From contig OZ024742.1 in NCBI GenBank assembly GCA_964016885.1, positions 284,084,001 to 284,148,000 of the forward strand: DNA of 64,000 nt. Direction: 5' to 3'. The notes beneath the pieces are model-generated. The model was not told the origin of the DNA. It searched no databases and saw nothing but the letters and a program-made list of their open reading frames with translations. The position numbers were made by a program, and so were the translations under genes. Below are positions 58,240 to 64,000 of the stretch, in pieces (the stretch's first letter is position 1; each line of letters begins with the position of its first letter). This stretch comes from Eledone cirrhosa (taxonomy: Eukaryota).

Positions 58240-61200
58240 CGGACTGCGGAATCCTGGAGAGTGGAAGGGAGAGAAAAATCTGGACGCTCAGAGCGAAAAT
58301 GCCAAAGTTAAAGTCAAATTCACCTCGTGGACGAGAATGCGAGCACTCCTCTTTGTTTCGTCCGCGGATGGCTAACATAACCCTATCTCCTCCCGCCCCC
58401 CACCACCCCCACCGTCCAAACGCAACCCAAAACTTCAGAGTTGGTACCATAAATGTAGGCACCCTAAAGGGTCGCGCTAACGAGGTTGTAGAAATGCTCG
58501 AACGTAAGGAGGTCGATGTTTGTTGTATTCAAGAGACCAGGTGGAGGGGTGGGTCTGCTAGATTCATTGAGGGTAAAAAACGATGTTATAAGCTTTTCTG
58601 GGTGGGAAACGACGATGGGCTGGGTGGAGTAGGAATCATGGTAGCAGAAAAGTGGGCAGATAAGATAATAGACGTAAATAGAGTGAACGACAGAATAATT
58701 AAAATAAGACTTGTCCTAAATAGAACTACGGTGACAGTAATATCTGCGTACGCACCCCAATCCGGACTGCCCGGCACTATAAAAGACAGATTCTATGAGA
58801 CACTGTTGCTAACTACCTCCCAAATATCTGACAGTGACTATATAATTATTGCAGGCGACCTAAATGGTCACGTTGGACAACATTGTGACGGCTACGACGA
58901 AATCCATGGAGGCTATGGGTTTGGTACTAGAAATGAGGAAGGCTCCAGAATCCTGGAATACTGTGATGCAAATAACCTAACTATCTGTAACACTAACTTC
59001 AAAAAACGTGACAATCACCTGATCACCTATAGATCCGGGGAACACACAAGCCAGGTAGATTATATCCTTACCAGAAGACGTGACAGAGTGTCTGTTGTAA
59101 ACACTAAATCCCTCCCCCATGAAGAATGCACCTCCCAACATAGACTGATAATTAGCGACCTCATAGTCAGGACGAGACGTACTCGACAGCAGAAGAGGAC
59201 TATCCTCAGGAGGAAAATATGGAAACTAAAGGACCCCACAGCCAGAAATAAATTTCAAAGCATATTACTTGATGCTTTCGACAGTAAGGAAGAGCATCTA
59301 GAATCGGACAATATAGAGGGACAGTGGGAATTTCTGAAAGCAAACCTGCTGTTGGCGACAGACGAAGTCTGTGGCTGGAGCAGGCCTGTAGGCAGGAGGA
59401 GAGTAACATGGTGGTGGAACAGTAGGGTGGAGGGGTCAATTAAGGCCAAAAAGCAGGCTTGGAAAGTATGGCGGGATGGGGGAAGTAGAGTAGACTATCA
59501 AGTGGCCAGGAGGGAAGCTAGGAGAGAAGTGTACTTAGCAAGAAGGGAAGCTGAGGAAAGAAAGTTCAAGCATGTTCTACAACGCGATGACCAAAAACGT
59601 GAGGTGTTCAGGATTGCCAGGCAATGCGTCAAGGAAAACCGTGATATTGTCGGGGAGAAGTGTGTACTTAACGATGATGGCATACTTGCCATCACCGACA
59701 CTGATAAGAAGGTAGCTTGGAAGTGTCACTATGAAAGGCTACTAAATGAGGAGAATAAATGGGAGAAAGAAAGACTCCCCCATATCGACCCGATAGAGGG
59801 ACCAGCAGTGTTAGTCGAGGGGAGTATAATAAGTAAGGCAATCAAGGATATGAAGATGGGTAAGGCGGCTGGGCCTTCGGAAATAGTTGCTGAGATGCTG
59901 AAGGCATCTGGCACGGTGGAACACACCATGGTCACCCACATAGTTAACCAAGTCGTACAGAATGGGGTTGTTCCGAAGGACTGGCATAGCAGCATCATCG
60001 TTAACTGTTATAAGGGTAAAGGAGACGCCCTAGATAGGAGTAACTATAGAGGCATTAAATTAATCGACCAGGTCATGAAGGTCACGGAAAAAGTAATAGC
60101 GCAACTAATCAGAGAGAGAATTGATCTAGATGAAATGCAGTTCGGGTTTGTGTCAGGCAAAAGCACCACAGACGCTCTTTTCATAGTACGACAACTACAG
60201 GAGAAGTACCTAGCTAAAGGTAAACCCCCTCTACTTAGCTTTTGTCGACCTGGAGAAAGCCTTCGACAGAGTCCCCCCGCTCCATTATCTGGTGGGCTCT
60301 TAGAAAACTAGGCGTTGACGAATGGCTTGTGAGGGCTATACAAGCCATGTATAAAGAAACAGTCAGCAAGGTTAGAATTAACAACGAATATAGTGAAGAG
60401 TTTAGCGTAAAAGTTGGCGTCCATCAGGGCTCTGTTCTCAGCCCCCTACTATTTATTATTGCCCTTCAGGCTATAACAGAGGAGTTCAAGACAAGCTGCC
60501 CATGGGAACTCCTATACGCAGACGACCTGACACTCATAGCGGAATCAATGGCCGAGCTAGAGAAGAAATTCCAAACATGGAAGCACGGCCTAGAGTCAAA
60601 AGGACTTAAAATTAACCTGGCTAAGACCAAAGTTCTAGTTTGTAGGAAAGAAAACAAGGCGGCGGTCCCTTCTGGGAAATGGTCGTGCTCGGTATGTAGG
60701 AAAGGCGTAGGTAGAAACTCCATCTTATGTCCTAAATGCAAAGTATGGGTGCATAAAAGATGTAGTGGGATCACAGGTAAGCTAACTAAGAACATAGATT
60801 TTACATGTGGCCGGTGCTCTGGTGCAATAAGTAGCAGCAAGTGCCCACAAATACTAGCTCTTTCAATTGCGCAGAGGGTTCTATAGAAATAGTGGACAGC
60901 TTCCGTTACCTGGGCGATAAAATCAGCAGTGGGGGAGGGTGCTCTGAAGTACTGTAGCTAGAGTCAGAACTGGATGGAAAAAGTTCAGAGAGCTTATACC
61001 ACTATTAGCTGCTAAAGGGTTCTCCCTAAAAATGAAAGGCAGGTTATACGAAGCCTGCATACGAACAGCAATGCTGCATGGCAGTGAGACCTGGGCATTG
61101 TGTGCAGAGGATATACGCAGACTAGAGAGGAACGAAGCTTGCATGCTCCGCTGGATGTGCAATAGTAATATACGTGAACGGCAAAGCATAAACGAACTAA

Positions 61201-61978
61201 GGAAAAAATTAGAAATAAGAGGGATCAGATGTTGTTTACTCGAGAGAAGGCTACGTTGGTACGGTCACGTGATGCGCATGAAAGACGACAGCTGTATAAC
61301 AAAGTGCAGGGCAATAAAGATAGACGGTAGCCACGGAGTAGGCAGACCCAGAAAAACATGGGACGAGCTGATAAATTCCGACCTCACACGCTTACACCTC
61401 TCCAAGACAATGTCACTGGACCGAGACCTTTGGCGGTACTCAGTAATAGAGAGGACCCGCCTTACCTAAATACAAAGTAAAAACCTACTACAGTCAGTAG
61501 GCATCTCTATCAAAACACACCCCCGTCCCACCACCCTCCACCCCACCCACACCGCCCCTTTCAATGTAAAGTTATGTTGGTCCCACAACATCCAGGCCGA
61601 AACAAATGAGATCGTGTAGGTGTCACGACAAAAAACACACAGTCCACGCTGTAAATGTGGCCGTGTAGGCAACACGGTAAAAACCTCCCAGCCCCACACT
61701 GTAAATGTGGTTGGTGTTAGGAAGGGCATCCATCTGTAGAAAACCCGCCAGACAGTCCACGCTGTAATGTGGCCGTGTAGGCAACACGGTAAAAACCTCC
61801 CAGCCCCACACTGTAAATGTGGTTGGTGTTAGGAAGGGCATCCAACTGTAGAAAACCCGCCAGACAGTCCTATGCGAGCAAGACAACCACTCTTGCCTCA
61901 AGTGGGAAAACCCCTGTCCAAACCCATGCAAGCGTGGAACACGGACGCTAAACCTGATGATGATGATGATGATGATGA
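58240..61978 (+). mobile_element. Apparently full-length RTE LINE (ORF ~58299-61469: APE-RT-PHD-like finger); 5' boundary approximate
   Basis: 702-aa open stretch then single-base slips; all RTE motifs present; 3' UTR and (GAT)n tail. Confidence 0.95.
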
Positions 61979-61993
61979 TATATATATAAATAT

Positions 61994-62026
<33 letters not shown>

Positions 62027-62034
62027 AATATATA

Positions 62035-62713
62035 TAACAATATATTTAGAAACACACAGATACATGCGGACCCACACATATATACATGAATGCATCCGCA
62101 CCCAACTGTGAGTTAAGGATGCCAACTTCACCGATGTTGCTCAATGAATGACTGGGACAGACCAATTCAGTTGAACTAGACTGAACCAGTATCAGAGTTA
62201 AAAATACATTATGAAGAGAGAAGAAACATTTAGATATAATTAGTAATAAAATGTATCATACCTAAACTGCTCCTAAATTCCTCGACTACGTAGCTTCGTG
62301 GCATAAACAAAAACAATATATCAAAGATATAGAGTCCCTGCGAGGTCTGCCGACTTATCAAGAGAATACCTCATTTTACTAGTCTCAAGAACGCGTCTAC
62401 ACGACGTGAGAAAGAATCCCAAAAGGCGGAGGGGGAGATAGTCACGCGATATAACGGTCGAGAAACAGAGCTAAGCCTCTTATAACCACAAAGAAAATAC
62501 CACGGAGGCGGAGGGGGTATTCATATCGAGGCCGCAGAAGAGGTGGTGAAGAAGGCGAAAAGTATGAGTAATGGAAGCTTTCCAGTTGTCCCCACACTTC
62601 AAAGATTGCTCGACCAGAGGGAGTTATTAACAATATATTTAGAAACACACAGATACATGCGGACCCACACATATATACATGAATGCGTCCGCACCCAACT
62701 GTGAGTTAAGGAT
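62035..62713 (+). mobile_element. ~593-bp unit followed by an ~85-bp repeat of its own start; inverted fragment at 41421-41575
   Basis: 62035-62120 repeated at 62628-62713 with one mismatch seen; (TA)n flanks; 41421-41575 is the reverse complement of ~62041-62193. Confidence 0.7.
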
Positions 62714-62973
62714 ATATATATATAAATATATATATAAATATATGTATATATATATATAAATATATGTATATATATATATAAATATATGTATATATATATA
62801 TAAATATATGTATATATATATATAAATATATGTATATATATATAAATATATGTATATATATATATAAATATATGTATATATATATAAATATATGTATATA
62901 TATATAAATATATGTATATATATATAAATATATGTATATATATATAAATATATATATATATATAAATATATAA

Positions 62974-63024
<51 letters not shown>

Positions 63025-63043
63025 AATATATATATATATAAAT

Positions 63044-63104
<61 letters not shown>

Positions 63105-63135
63105 AATATATATATAAATATATATATATATAAAT

Positions 63136-63196
<61 letters not shown>

Positions 63197-63223
63197 AATA
63201 TATATATAAATATATATATATAA

Positions 63224-63266
<43 letters not shown>

Positions 63267-63360
63267 TATATATATAAATATATATATATAAATATATATA
63301 TATAAATATATATATATAAATATATATATATATAAATATATATATATAAATATAAATATA

Positions 63361-64000
63361 TCATCATCATCAACGTTTAACGTCCGTGTTCCACGCTTGC
63401 ATGGGTTTGGACGGGGGTATTCCCACTTGAGGCAAGAGTGATTGTCTTGCTCGCATAGGACTGTCTGGCAGGATTTCTACAGTTGGATGCCCTTCCTAAC
63501 ACCAACCACATTTACAGTGTGGGTCTGGGAGGTTTTTACCGTGTTGCCTACACGGCCACATTACAGCGTGGACTGTGTGTTTTTTTGTCGTGACACCTAC
63601 ACGATCTCATTTGTTTCGGCCTGGATGGTGTGGCACCAACATAACTTTACATAGAAGGGGGCGGTGTGGATGGGGTGGGGGGACGGGGGTGTATTTTGTT
63701 AGAGATGCCTACTGACTGTAGTAGGTTTTACTTTGTATTTAGGTAAGGCAGGTCTTCTCTATTACTGAGTACCGCCAAAGGTCTCGGTCCAGTGACATTG
63801 TCTTGGTGAGGTGTAAGTGTGTGAGGTCGGAGTTTATCAGCTCGTCCCAGGTTTTTCTGGGTCTGCCTATTCCGTGGCTACCGTCTATCTTTATTGCCCT
63901 GCACTTTGTTATACAGCTATCATCCTTCATGCGCATCACGTGACCATACCAACGTAGCCTTCTCTCTAGTAAACAACATCTGATCCCTCTTATTTCTAAT
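63361..64000 (-). mobile_element. Young RTE LINE 3' end, continues beyond the window
   Basis: Reverse complement of the same 3' UTR and C-terminal ORF ([15 protein letters not shown]). Confidence 0.93.

Noticed and set aside
62420-62520. Twister ribozyme suggested by two GGCGGAGGGGG motifs
   Set aside because: Could not find the matching 5' strand or pseudoknot pairings by eye.

Overview
AT-rich, repeat-dense animal genomic DNA. The repeat landscape (RTE LINEs with (GAT)n tails, tRNA-headed SINEs, very long TA arrays) resembles an octopus/coleoid cephalopod; this is inference from recall, not a search. Two spliced genes lie on the minus strand. (1) The 5' end of microcephalin (MCPH1): ATG exon 3485-3527, N-terminal BRCT exon 811-1015, and a probable non-coding first exon/promoter near 6.6-6.9 kb. 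(2) Nine consecutive, phase-compatible coding exons of membralin (TMEM259) from 36597 down to the stop at 20903 (658 aa in window); its N-terminal exon was not found, so 36.6-64 kb is probably one large intron. That region is a giant (TA)n array packed with insertions: five young RTE LINE copies encoding a PHD-type zinc finger, a CR1-group LINE, and small non-coding elements with Penelope-like hallmarks. The hallmarks are a well-formed minimal type I hammerhead ribozyme (42997-43041), two fold-back insertions sharing one fixed end and a short tail, and a monomer-plus-tail direct-repeat element. Elsewhere: a decayed mariner, TTAA and TA MITEs, CRE-like and Penelope-like RT relics, and a perfect 22-bp intronic hairpin that looks template-switch derived. 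Most long ORFs in the supplied track (poly-IY/YM) are microsatellite artefacts. A 200-N gap lies at 50948-51147.
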